In this document: in pieces, positions 25,001 through 38,300 of the stretch
How positions within the stretch are numbered: position 1 is the first letter of the stretch
Layout: the number at the start of each line of letters is the position of its first letter
From: Ylistrum balloti
Taxonomy: Eukaryota
Length of the DNA stretch: 64,000 nucleotides
Reading direction: 5' to 3'
NCBI RefSeq assembly: GCF_031769215.1
Contig: NW_026782092.1
Coordinates: 496,001 to 560,000, forward strand
Program-made: the position numbers and the translations under genes
Notes under the pieces: generated by a model
Databases searched by the model: none
Told to the model about the DNA's origin: nothing
What the model saw: only the letters and a program-made list of their open reading frames with translations

Positions 25001-28000
25001 ATACGTTTAACCCTTCCATGCTTGACATTGAACCAAGGTCATACATTTGAGCAAGAGTGATAAGGCCTTCCTTCATCCAAATTTTATCATGATCTCCTTG
25101 ATAACTGAACTCGGATTAAGTCGAGATAAACATATATGCAAGACTGTTAGGCTATCACATTCATTTGAACACATTAGGTAGCCTTCATGCTAAATTGTTC
25201 CAGTGTTAACGTTTCATTTTCCCTCATTTTATCTATGGTATGTCATGTGAATCAACCTAATGATATAATACATGTGTTTGTTTAGTCATGTCATTTTACT
25301 TCCCAACTTGAGGTAGCGCAAATGACTTCAAGTTAGCAATACTTGTAAAAGAAAATGAAACGAAGACTTCATTGTTTCTGTTCATGACGAGCTGAAAACT
25401 AGTTTCATCTTTGTGGATTATTTTCAGGAATTTTATTCTGTTTGATTCAAAATCAATTAAGGTAATGTATATATATTAGACATCTGCACGCCATGTTTGG
25501 TCGATTATTTATAACATCGGATGACCCGACTGATTATCAACATATTGTGAGATATGTCATTGATACTTCAAGAAAACTTGAAAAAGAATCATTAACCATG
25601 GTACAAGCGGCTTTATTTCAGAACACAAGGAGCGTGTGTATGCTCTTGCAAGAGATGTTGGTAACCCAAGTTATTTGGACACGCATTTCCCTGTAGTCCG
25701 TCATAAGGACGCTTATATGGGATTCTCCTGGGCTACTGGCGTGGTTCCAGGACAACGACAAGAGGAGTCTTCCTCAGAGGTAAGTTCAAACAAAAAGATA
25801 CAATATGGAGGTATATAGTTTACATAGCATGCTATACTGATAAAATATCTTCTCGGGGATTCATGGAGGGGTTCAAGTGTAGGAAAAAGAATCTGTGATT
25901 GGATTATTATCGGCGCATGAAAGATTGAAATTTTAAACTTAAAAAGAAGATATCCTTGTGTTTACTTATAATAATAATCTTAAAGAAATAATAAGGACAT
26001 TCATATTGTCATAATTGTGATTAATGACAGTATAAAAATCGGGTGTCCTTCAAGTGCTTCACATTAACATGTTCAATTGATTGTCGAAAAAACATGCATT
26101 TATGTAGCATCTGTCAATAAAGTTAAATCATAAATAGACATACTAAAATACTAAAGGAACCTGTATCAAACAGTTGTGTGTGTCTAAACTCTTCTGTGAT
26201 GCTTGGAACCAAACCCAGAATTAAAACTCATAAAAACGCAAGGTAACATAAACAAGTTCGTCTAGCTCAATCTTCAATCAATTTGAAATAACTGTTTTTG
26301 AGGATTAAGACATGACATACTTGGGGACGACAAGTCTTAGAATATAAACTGATGGTATAGTTATCAATTTCAAAGGAACTGTTTGATAACATTATCTTTG
26401 AGTGTTATTTTAAGTAAAAAAAAAAAACGTCTAAAATATAGGGTTCTTGACTATTTTAGATAAGGGGAACTTTATAGTTTCCCTTTGTCGTTTTTTTCAA
26501 ATTCGTAGGAATTCTTACACTTAAAACACGTTTCAAAGTAAGATATTAATATCTTTTAATTTTCCAGGCATTGAACTGTTATCATGGTCTCGCAGCCTTG
26601 GGGGAAGCTTACAATGACGACATAGTGAAGAAGACTGGACAGGTGACACTTGCCATGGAAATTGAATCCGTGAAAGAATACTTTCAAGTGCGTAATCACA
26701 ACGAGGCTCACTTTCCACCAACCATCAGAGGGTACGGAGCGGTAGGACAGATTGCTGAGGATAACTTCTATGTTTACACACTAAACTGGCCATGCGCACC
26801 CAATGTCTTCCCCATGAGACATGCGTGTCTTATTGGCATACAAATAATACCAATTACGGCCGCTTCAAAGTACTGGATGGATCGGGTTGGTTTGCAATTT
26901 CTTATTTTATTGGCTGGCTTGTTCCCATAGAAACAGAATAATATGTTTTCGTTTATGGACATTATATTAGGAAAATGGGTGCAGTGTACTAAACTTATAT
27001 ACAATTCAGCTTTGTTTCTTACAAAGTTTAACGGATTCAGTGTGTATGAGTTCCAAGAAGGAGTTTCTTCAATACGTTCATTATTGAGTCATATTGCCTA
27101 TCATTTACGTCATTTGTTTTTATGATGCCACGTATGATGGAAGATGTGCATTCGACTATGTTATTAAAATGGCGGCTGAAGACGATTACTCTTCCGGAAC
27201 AATTGGTCTTATTCCTTTTGCACTTTTTCAGTAGCCACCGTTCTTTAAACAATATTTTCCCCTAGTTTTATTCAACTAGAGTTTAGATTATGATTCTTGT
27301 GACATGTATTTATTTCTTTTTTTTTCAACTGTATATCAAATTTCACTTGGAACTTTTGACAATCGCCTTCATAATACGTCTTAATTATCTAAATATATAT
27401 TTACATATTTACTTCAGGCTGTATTAAAACATGATTATTCCATAAACAGTCTACAAAACCTTCGTTTACAAAACATCAATACTGTAACAGAGACTAAATA
27501 ATTGACTCTAAGCCCCGAGGTTCACAGACTCAGCAGACATGATATGAAACTTGCAACCTTAACAGCAATAGAAGTTGGATTGTTCTAGACCCTGCATGCT
27601 ATATTTAAATTCCATGTAAATTTCTCGAAGAACAAATACTAGCCTATTCATAAAACATTCTGTTATATAGTTGTCTGCGTTTCAACAGCAAATGATTACC
27701 ACGTCAATACAATCTGACTTTTAACTCAAATTCGATGAAACATAGGCAAAATATGAACAAAAGAAAGATGGTCATGCAGGTTCCTGAAAAAAAGTAATTG
27801 ATAGCACGACCATGTCTTCCGAAGGGTGTGGGAAGATGCCCATGGTGTCCCGAAGAATAAGCTGCATGATCTGACTCTCATTTTAAAGTTATGCGTGGAA
27901 GATTTCAAAGACAAGTGTCAGCAATAAACCATTTATCCTTCTGGGTCGTTCAGAAACTATTTCTATGCTTAAACAGGAAATCTATGCTCGATCCAGTTTT

Positions 28001-30969
28001 CTTTAAACACACTTAAATCATGAAGTTTCAAAGAAAAGCTTAAACACTGAAAATGCTATTCTATTTGAATTCTTCCCTACATTTCACTGAAGAAATGTTA
28101 ATTCAGGTATTAAATTTATCATCAAGAGAGCGTGAGCACAGTGTAATGAATACGTTGGTCTTATTTTGCGTGTTCTTTTTCATGGCCTCCCTGTATAGCT
28201 ATACCTTAATACCGGTATTTTCCGTTGTTATTGTGATTCTAAATTTGAATTACGATTTAGTGTCTAGGTTTTCACTCGTTGTTTTATGCTGATTAATACG
28301 GTTATATCTTATCAAATAATTGATTTTGGTTTACATCACAGGATTGGGCTTCTCATATCAAAAACTCGTGTACTCAAGCCATCCATCCTGAGACCGCACC
28401 CGACTATATTTTAACTGATCCTGCGGATATGCAAAAACTCAACTCGGTAAGGACATTTTAAATCACTGAGAGGACGGAGATTGATTGGTCAAGTCTTGTT
28501 GAATAATTTTCAGCAATAATAGTTTGATATCGAATTATTTTGTGTTTGAAAATGTCGTTAGATTTGTCAATTAACTCGATCTATGATATATGCGTTGATT
28601 TTTTTATGTATGCATTCGGAGAAAATGAATTATAATTACATATATTTACATGCTCTGTATATATCTATGTAAGTAAATACATATTACGGAATCAGTCGGC
28701 ACAATAAATAATCAAGTTGATGAAGTGTGGGTGTTTGGAGAAATTCTAGACTAAAACTACCTGAAATATGTTCTATACAAAATACTAAATTACGATGCTC
28801 AATCAACTCTAATCATTCTCTTCGGTTTGGATGGTGTCAAAACGGGAATAAAAACTTCATTTACCTAACAGTATAAATTACAAATATCGATCCACAGACC
28901 TTTAACATTAGATCTGACACCTTGATTTCCATCAAGTAATTAGTCAATATCATATATACAAGAATGAAAACAAAGCAAATTAAGGCTATTTCGTGTTTGT
29001 AAACGATTTATTGATTCTTTCTGTATTTTTAAAACATCATTCTTTTTAATTCAATCAATTTATTCTGTTTTCAACTTTCAATTTCTATTGCAATAACGAT
29101 TCCGACGGGCATCTTAATTACTATTAACACAGTATCAGTAAAAGTTACTGTTTTTATTGCTTGTTTTTTTATTTTGTCGAAAAAAAATCGAACTTACGAT
29201 AAATTAATTTCACATTTTAACGACTTTAAATCTGTCACAAACAATCCTTGTCGATGTTGGTATTGGATACCGGCTAAATGATGATGCGCCAATATCCTCA
29301 AAAGCAGCCGTTGCTAATAACTACTGGCTTAAACACAAAATAAATATATTGAAAGCAATTCTACATGTATATCCCTACAAAATCTTAGCAACAGAATTTG
29401 ACTTATATCCCCATTCGTCAAATCGTAATATATAGCAAAGCATCATCTCTCATTGCTGTATTCTATGCACAAACTAACCTTTATTTCAAATCTTCTCTTT
29501 AGTCCACGTTGTTTGCCGTAACATGCATGCATCATTTTAATTTCTTCGAATAATGGCATGCTTTAAACTCAACACATGGCACTGGACGTTCTTGTTAAAT
29601 GCGATATATGAAAATTATGAAATTTATTAAGTAATGGGGCAAGTGCGTCTCCCCGTCTAAATTATGACTTTTCGATCATAGTTTTCAAAATTTAGTCACT
29701 TTGCATCACTGACGAGTCCTGGAAGAACTCAACAGCTGTGAGATGCAGCTTTATTGCTTGGCTGTACTATATCTTGTGTATCAAAATTGTATTAAAATCT
29801 TTACAACTAGCTTTCTTGTACAACCTTTATAGATAGATGTATTCTAAACCTCTTATAATTTGTACAATTTTTATTTTAAAACGCCAAGAAAATTGCAGCA
29901 ATTGTAACACATTATGATGTAAAAAGCTAAAATCGGATATTGGTTTGTTAGCTATTGTGACAGGCCTAATGACATTTTGGTATTGCCCGTCATCCTCGCT
30001 TTTCAGCTAATGAACCATTTACAGTAGGCCTGAACTCTCTTCTATAGTACAGCTGAAACTGACATTTTGAACTCTTATCACTAGAAGACCCCGTATTTCG
30101 ACGGCCCCGGTCAAACATCACACCAACCATTTGAACTTGCATAAATCGAATACTCGACTAACTTGAAGTTTTCCACGATCCCGTCGACTTCGACACTGTA
30201 CTTGAATTGCAGGACGGCTCAACAAAATATCAAATATAAACACTACTTACCTAATCAGGAGTAAAATTTATGTTGGTTTTTGTACATTTTTCCTCTTCGA
30301 TGCTCTTGGGATTTTCTTATGTTTGATGCATGTCTATTTTACCCGCCATTTATTGGTGTCAACCAAGCAATGTAGTATTTATAACATCTGGAAATAAGCC
30401 CGTGTCTAGTAATAAGTCCTTTCATGTATATTGCAGTCCAGAAGAATTACAGACAATACCTGTTCATTTGCCCTCTAATAAGCCCATCCCTTGACTTTTA
30501 GTCATAGTAATAGCAGTTCAGGTCAAACTTTCAGATACAGACAAAACTGATAAATTATATTTAGATTTTCATGTCACTGAAGCGTGAAATGCATATCTTT
30601 TATTTACATGTATGTTATTTCTGTCATATCTCAATTCTGTTGATCAAGTTCTGCATCACAAGGTCAATCATAGATACAACATTGTTGCGATTTTAACCCA
30701 TGTCGTTCAAGCAATTATCCTGAAATTGAAGATAAAACATTTTCAATGCAATATTAAACTATATGTATATGCATAGTAACCACAAACCAATCACTGAAAT
30801 TGTTTCGTGTTTTCAGGGTTGGGCGGCGTTCTGTTATGCTGGCATGGCTCCGTATGATGACGCTCATATGCAAATGGCAGCTGACTATGTGAAGAACAAA
30901 AGCCCGCGAGAGTTGGTTGGAGGGACAGGGGCTGCCAGTACTTTGCTATTTATATATGGACGTACATAG
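13002..30969 (+). CDS. Glycoside hydrolase family 81 endo-1,3(4)-beta-glucanase, 16 exons, about 1104 aa, with an inserted tandem Cys/Trp module
   Basis: Exons: 13002-13308, 14061-14255, 14569-14678, 19175-19304, 19579-19803, 20539-20780, 21102-21244, 21670-21785, 22303-22853, 23104-23268, 23999-24200, 24727-24921, 25622-25779, 26568-26885, 28342-28446, 30817-30969. All introns are GT-AG with compatible phases, total 3315 nt. GH81 motifs: IPTGHFMTN..FPY, VPIVRGA, LLMVTMPHH, DSYGLGKA..ARLA, YDTVWGG, YNDHHFHLGY, FSWATG, QEESSSEALN, GW..., ASTLLFIY. The start codon choice is the least certain part. Confidence 0.9.
13683..13726 (+). ncRNA. Degenerate hammerhead ribozyme copy (intron 1 of GH81 gene)
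   Basis: acca-ATGACAA-GTCC-tagaa-CGAC-GAAAC-agcc-gat-tggt. It is homologous to the copy at 13903-13955 but carries core substitutions. Confidence 0.55.
13903..13955 (+). ncRNA. Type I hammerhead ribozyme motif (intron 1 of GH81 gene)
   Basis: ttaac-gtca-CTGACGA-GTCC-tagaa-GGAC-GAAAC-agct-TTA-tgac-tca-gttaa. The core is intact, stem II is 4 bp, and stem I (gtca/tgac) is extended by ttaac/gttaa across a bulge. Stem III is near-palindromic (acagct[t]t) with one mismatch. Confidence 0.75.
15366..16175. other. Assembly gap (810 N)
   Basis: Run of N inside GH81 intron 3. The flanking exons join in phase (GGSME|VPIVRGA), so no hidden exon is required. Confidence 0.99.
17985..18115 (+). mobile_element. 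Possible SINE/LINE 3' end with (TAAA)n tail
   Basis: A GC-richer ~100-bp segment ending in gataaataaaataaataaataaat. No family was recognised. Confidence 0.3.
24329..24380. repeat. (CA)n microsatellite
   Basis: Interrupted CA repeat in a GH81 intron. Confidence 0.85.
29703..29746 (+). ncRNA. Degenerate hammerhead copy (last intron of GH81 gene)
   Basis: gcatca-CTGACGA-GTCC-tggaa-GAAC-TCAAC-agct-GTG-agatgc. It is the same family as 13903-13955, but the GAAA box and cleavage triplet are mutated. Confidence 0.5.
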
Positions 30970-31945
30970 ATGATTTAACACTAGTCCTATAAACAGCATC
31001 CTATATTAACATTGATACTGTGAAAACTTTATTTATACTACAAACATAAGCATATCAGAAAGAAATTTCAAGATGGAACTAGAAACTAATTATTGAAAAT
31101 ACTACGAAAAAGCAAATCAGTTAAAGAAAAAAAAATAACGAAATTGATGTGAAATAAATGATTGAAAATACTAGAAGCAACGGGGCATATCACAGAAACT
31201 AAAATGCATCTTCAATGATGTTTTTAAAATCAATCAACTTCCAAGCTTGGAACTACAATCGACATCTACAATCTATAGAATTTCACCAGAAACAAAAACA
31301 AAATGTTTTACAGGTGTAGACGGTTTCATGATGGATGACTGTATCATTGCTAAATTTGTTACTTTAGACGCGTAACTGAAAGTTACTTCCAAGTAATCGG
31401 TTACTTTATTTAAAGTGTGGTGAAAAATAGGGAAATGTTTTTTTTGTTTTTGTTTTTTTAATTTTTTGACAATATGCCTGACTTGAAAAATAAAATTATG
31501 AAATAAGAAATGTGTTGTCAACTACAATATGTTTAAAATCTATTAATTGTCAGTCTGCATTAAAAGCCTGTTTTATTCATTATTTACAGGGACACTTTAG
31601 TCAACTGAATCTCACTTTTATTATTAATTTCATTCAACCAGAAATGACAAAACATGTATCCAGATGAAGTAATATGTAGTTGATAATAAGATGCTACATG
31701 GTGAATGTCAAGTTTAAAATTTTTTAAAAAGTTGATTAATTTTTCGATTTTAGTGAAACATGATTTACATGTTTTACTATATAAGTAAATACTATAATAT
31801 ATTTATAAAAATGTAAGACACATCGTAATACAACTACTATTAATATTCATTTTTATCTTGTTCTATAAATTTTATAAATCATGCACCCCTTCCACTTCTA
31901 GTTCACATCTTTCCTTACAAAAAAAAATAAATTCTTTGGTAGTGT

Positions 31946-34900
31946 TTATTCCGGAAGAAATCCAGATGGAATGTTATAATTTTCACTATGAGTCCAATGC
32001 CTAATGACACCTTGTCCACAGATATTTGTTTCCCAACATCCAAATCCTTCTGATTTAAGCTGTGACATCACTTCCCTAACAACAGCCTTAGGAGTTCCTG
32101 AAAATGAAGAAAGAAATGTTAATGTAATACAAACAAGTATTATGTATCTTCAGTGTATCTGCCGCATGCAACAATATGTAATTTCATTAGAAAACATCCC
32201 CAATACTCCAGGGGTTACCATCATTTTTGCTCTCTTAACCACTGGAAAATTTCCCAGCAAAATGAAGTAATTTGATAAGTCTAGAGCTGGTTCCGAGAGA
32301 AAAAATCCCTGACCAATCACAAACTGATACGCTCCTTTTGAAGATTACAAAGGAGCAACAGCAAACTTAAAAGCCAGTATGGCAAACCGTTTTGCGGCTT
32401 CAAGATTTGTAAATAACTAGTCGTCACATCTTATCAACAAAATGTCTCACATATAGAATCTTCAGTTTTGTAATAACAGTTCATGGGGTCTAGCAATAGT
32501 GAACAGAACTCCTGCAGTATCAAGGATGAATTAAGGTGTACTAACAGTAACAGGTACTGTACTTTTTAAACAATAATACCATGTCTGGTATTAAGCCCAC
32601 CTTCATTTACTGCAGTTCAGTAAAATCAAGATGATACCAAAGTATATGTGATACCACCTGAGCAGATAACAGGATAAACATGGGAATATATAGAAACATT
32701 TTTAAAACTTAAACCTTTTTGAGACAGGCAATTGATTAAAAAACAAACATTCCCCATTTCTCAACAATCTTGTCCTGAATATGAAGTGCAAATTAAACCC
32801 TGCATGAAAGATGACCAGCAGAGAGGATATTAAATTCAAACAACATTGAGGATTTGTATTAAAGGAAAGATGGGGTTTCCACCAATGCTTATTTCCCATA
32901 GAGGGCAGCCAAAAGATTTTTCACCCATCATGACCACTAACTTATACATTGCTTTGTGCCAACAAAGTTGATTCCCTTACCTTTACATTTAATCCAAATT
33001 AATTGTTGACGCACTAGCCTAATTAAACAATTAACAATTTGCTCGTTTTTCCGTAAAAATACATTATAATAATGTCAAACAATTTTAATTACTTTGCACA
33101 AAATTCCTAATAACTATTTGTGGGCAATTAATTTCATACTGTTTTAAAGACATTTTTAGCACATAATTACGAATGGACTTCAAAAGGAAGTTGAGTTTTG
33201 ACCTTAAGAAAATTTTGCTTAATGTAAAAAGAGCATGTTCCTCCTAAAAACCCATCACATTTTTATCTCCTGTTCCCAAGTTCCTAATGTATTTAAAACT
33301 GTGACTTTTTGCTTTACATACATGATATCTAATATGTTATAAACAGCATGTTCATTTTTAGTTTTCTTAAAAAAAGAGGCCCAGAGGGCCTGTATCATTC
33401 ACCTGAATCTTTATGACCAACATTACTATATCTGTGCATATGTTCCACATTTAACACATTTGACCCCTGTGAACTTGACTTTGGGTCAAGGTCAATTCTT
33501 TTACTTTTTTGGACTTCATAAAAGGAACATACTGGCCAAATATAATGATTCTAGGCTTTCCGATATTTCAGAAGAAATTATTTTAACGTTTTAACACATT
33601 TGACTCCTGTGACCTTGAAGATTGGTCAAGGTCATTTCATTTAGCAAACTTTGTTTGGCTTCATCAAAGGAACCTTCCAACCAAATATAATGATTCTAGG
33701 CTTCCGGTATTTTTGAAGAAGTTGTTTAAATGAAAAGTTGACGGTTGCCGGATGGACGAACGGACGACAGACGATGGACGACAGACAGACGACGGACGTT
33801 GCGCTATAGCATAAGCTCACTTGGCCCTTTGGGCCAGGTGAGCTAAAAATGCAGAAATGATATTGTAGCATTTTCCAAAAAAATCATCCATTTTTACATT
33901 TTTGGCGCGAAAAGGTTGCTATATTCTTGCGTATGTACATGAGTGGACTTAAATGCCTATTTGTAAACGTACGACTACAGAGGCTACCAATAGCACATAC
34001 AAGCCATCGTATTTGCTTCTTATGCCATTTTGAAACCCAACCTTTTTCAAAAGTTAAAAACATTTCAAAGCATTATCAATATCTGAATATCAATTTGTTT
34101 ATGTATTGAATCATTACCTGGACGAAGAAGACAAAATGCACATCCTCCACCTCCAGCACCCGTCAATTTTGCATGGAGACCACTGGCTCCGGTGATCTCA
34201 CATACTTGCTCCAGTTTAGGTTGACTAACCCCTAGTGTTCTTAACAGGCACTGGTTGATGTCTATAAGTTCCTATATCAAACAAAAAAATTCTACACATC
34301 ATCTCAATTTTGTAAAAATGAAACATGATAGAATTTTTTTACATATTTCTTTAAGATAAGAATTTGCCTTGTTTTGCTGGGTTCATTTTGTGGGGAGGTA
34401 TCATTGTAGCTGGTTACTAACTCAATGAACAACATAGGGGAGGCCCATTCTATGCCATCCAAAGCAATTAAGGTGAAGTGTCTTGCTCCAGGACATAAGG
34501 TGAGCACAAACCAGTTCATTTCTTACATTCCTGAGAAACACAAATTCAAACCATGCGCCTGGGATCTCCACCAAAGATTACATAAGTCAACACTCTAACC
34601 CAGTGAGATATTACCCTCTTAAGATTAGATAGAAGCACTACAGTACAAAGGTAAATATTAGTAAATAAATTCATTGTATTCCTTATTTAAATTGTACTGT
34701 TAACTCCTGAGAGAACTTTATAAAGTTTAACAACTCTTCATGAATATGACAATTTCTTTTTTTGTGAATTTTGTATCTAAGAACTCTAAATAACTCTTAT
34801 GTTATGAATATTCATGGAACAAATGTTTCCTTATAAAAAGCTTGACTGAAATTCAAAACAGACTCACACATGTTTTACCAAACAGTTTCCTTGAACTTCT

Positions 34901-35112
34901 GAACAAAATTTTTGTACGCATTTTTGGATGCATTTCCAAGCACACTGTTAATTGATAAAGAGTATATTATGACATGTTTCCAATTTGTTATATCGTATAA
35001 TAATAATAATAATTATTATTTTTTTGATTTTTTTTTGTAATTATCTTTTTATTTCCATTTTAATGTACAATACACGTCATCATTATCATCATCACCGCAC
35101 AATCACCATCCT

Positions 35113-35157
<45 letters not shown>

Positions 35158-35296
35158 CATCACACCACTTATCATAACTATAATCATCCTCATCACACCA
35201 TCATTATGTATCAATCATCATTATCATCACATCACCTCCACTACCACTGCCAACTTCATCATCTCAAATCAAGATCATTGTCATCATCACCACAAC

Positions 35297-35328
<32 letters not shown>

Positions 35329-38300
35329 CATCATCATCATCACACCATGATCATCATCATCATTACAAATCAAGATCATCATCACCATTTCATTATTATC
35401 ATGATCCTTATCACCACCACCACCATTATACCCTCATCATCATCACAATCATAATTCTCATTCACTACATCACTATCCACACCATTTCACACCTCACAAA
35501 ATTCAGTAATCTTAACAGCATACATCAACTCCAGGGAGCAGTAACCAAAGATTTCAAGAGATGGTGTATTTAATATCAGAAATGCTGACTAAAAAAAAAA
35601 AAAAAAAGACACAGATGCCAACAAATTTGTCAGATATGTATTGCACATAATTTACTGGACAGAAAAAAACAGTGAGAAATAGGAAAAGCATTTAAGAAAA
35701 AAGATGAAAGAAATGGATGGAAGACTGAGAGGATAAGAATGGCCTTGTCAAGGGTTTGGAAACATCCTACTTTCGTATAAATATATATTATATATTTGAG
35801 GATAAAATTTACAAGTAGAATTTATCAGAATCCGACTACATGTCAATTAACCTTTTCCATTTACTCCATTCTACATCAAACTTCTCCTTAACAGTATCGC
35901 CCTTACTAACAGCAACATATTTTTGGACTTTGTAATTGTCTTTAATGGAGTTTACCAATGAGTTTATATGCAAAGAATTATGCAGACACCTCATTCTATA
36001 TATGTACTGCTTCATGATAATTATAATTTCATTATCTACCCTATTGATATGGGAACTTGAAAAAATTCCAAAGAAGAAAGATTTTTTATTAATTGAAAAA
36101 GGAATAAGTAATGCCTGTAATAGTATTTCAAAACTTTGTAGTAAATTCTGTACTTCATTACATTCCCATAAAATATGAGTAATAGTCTCTCTTTCAGAGT
36201 TACATAAAATACAGAGAGGTGAGCTAACCAGACCAATTCTACAGAGAAAAGAATTTGTTGTCAGAATATGATGAACTACTCTGAACTGGAACCATTGAAG
36301 TTTTGAATTTTTTGTAGTATGGAAGGGGATCTTGAAAATTTTGGCCCATTCTTCATCATTAATATCGTCAAATTCTTGATTCCATTTCAATTTACAAGAT
36401 GGTGCCACATCATTCTTAATCAAGATATCATAAAACAGTTTTGTACCTCTAACTAGGTTAAAAAAGGGTTGTATGTTTACAGGAATGAATGGGTAAGCTA
36501 TGTTCGATAAAGTTAAATCATATGAAGAGATAAAATCTTTTATTGAAGATATGAAGCTGTGGTACTGAAGAAAATTTGTAGCAATGTGATATTTACGTGT
36601 AAACTCATTTAAGGTATAAAAAGACACTGGAGCAACTTCTTTTAAAACATCACATATATTGATCACACCCTTCTTGTACCAATCCTTGTTAAAAATAAGT
36701 TTCCCCCCAATAAATATTTTTTTGTTATACCAGAGTGGTATTTTGGAGATTAACTCATTATTTTCCAAATTATCTCTTTGCACAATGAATTTATACCATG
36801 ATTTAAAACATCTTTCCAGAACTGATTTTTACATTTGCTTATACATAACTGTATATATTCACTACCGCAATTTGCCAGCAAATCAATATCAATATAGGTT
36901 TTTAAAATAGCCTGCCATTTTTCAGTGGTTTGAAATAACCTCCTTATCCAACTTAATTTTAAAGAGCTCATGAATTATATTATATTATATATATATATTA
37001 ACCATCTTAAGACCTCCATTGACATGGTGTTGAACAACAACATCTTGCTTAATTTTATCTGACCCCCCATTCCATAAATATTGAAATAAAATGGAATTCA
37101 ATTTTTTAATAAAGTTTTCATTTGGATTTGGAAGTGAAATAAAAAGGTGATTAAACTGTGATATAAGCAAGGATTTGATGACATGAATTCTACCAATTGG
37201 AGTTAAAGACCTTCTGCTCCATTGTTTAATCAATGATTTTAACCTGATGAGTTTTTTGTCAAAATTCAGCTTTGGAATTTCGTGAAGATTAACACTAAAA
37301 ATAATTCCCAAAAGTGTAAATTTATTCTTTCCCCACTGTAAATTGAAATCTGGTAAAAATGAATCTTCACTATATTTTTTATTACCTATCCACACTACCT
37401 GTGTTTTCTCTACATTAATTTTCAACCCTGAAATTTTTGCATACACATCAAGTTCCTTAATTGCTTTTGTCAAAGATTGTTCTGAACCATCTAAAATGAG
37501 GGAGGTATCATCTGCATACTGGGAAACTAAAACTGGACAATTATCAATATCCATACCTTTTATATTAACATTATTCCGCAATCTCAGGGCCAAGATTTCT
37601 ACACAAAGTATAAATAAATATGGGGCGATCGGGTCCCCTTGCCTACAGCCTCGTTTAATATTAATAGAAGATGACAAATTACCACCCTGATTAATAACTG
37701 AATAAGAATTATTATGTAAAGATTTAACCCAAGTTGAAATACTCTCACTAAATCCAAAGAAGTGTAGAACTTTATCAATAAACAACCAAGACACAGAATC
37801 AAAAGCCTTTTCAAAATCCAGCATCATCAGCATCCCAGGAATATCATTTTCTTCAGTATACTGCATTATGTCATATATTAACCTTGTGTTTACTCCTATG
37901 TACCTCCCTGTGAGAAAACCTGTTTGATCCCTGTCTATCAACTTGTCCAAAACAGTTTTAATCCTATAAGCTATGGTACCAGATGCAATTTTGTAAATAA
38001 TGTTTAACAATGATATGGGCCTCCAGTTCTTAATAAAATGTCTCGGTTTATCTGCTTTTGGTATACATGTGATGATTCCCTGCCGTTGTGTAATAGATAA
38101 TTCCCCCCTGCGATAACCATAATTAATTGATCTAACAACAAACTGCCCTAACTGCCGCCAAAAACATTTGAAAAATTCTGTTGTGAACCCATCAGAACCT
38201 GGACTTTTATTATTCTTCATGTGTTTTAAAGTTTTTCCAGCTTCCTCATAAGTAATTTCTCCTTCTAAATTAGCAGAGTCATGTTTAGTCAGTTTTGGTA

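Noticed and set aside
13002-30969. Fungal or bacterial contamination as the origin of the GH81 gene
   Set aside because: The gene has long introns containing animal-type repeats, the same base composition as the rest of the window, and contiguity with MVK.
34985-35454. His/Ile/Ser-rich ORFs, also at 43832-44158
   Set aside because: These are translations of (CAT)n microsatellite in the LINE 3' UTR copies, with no gene structure.
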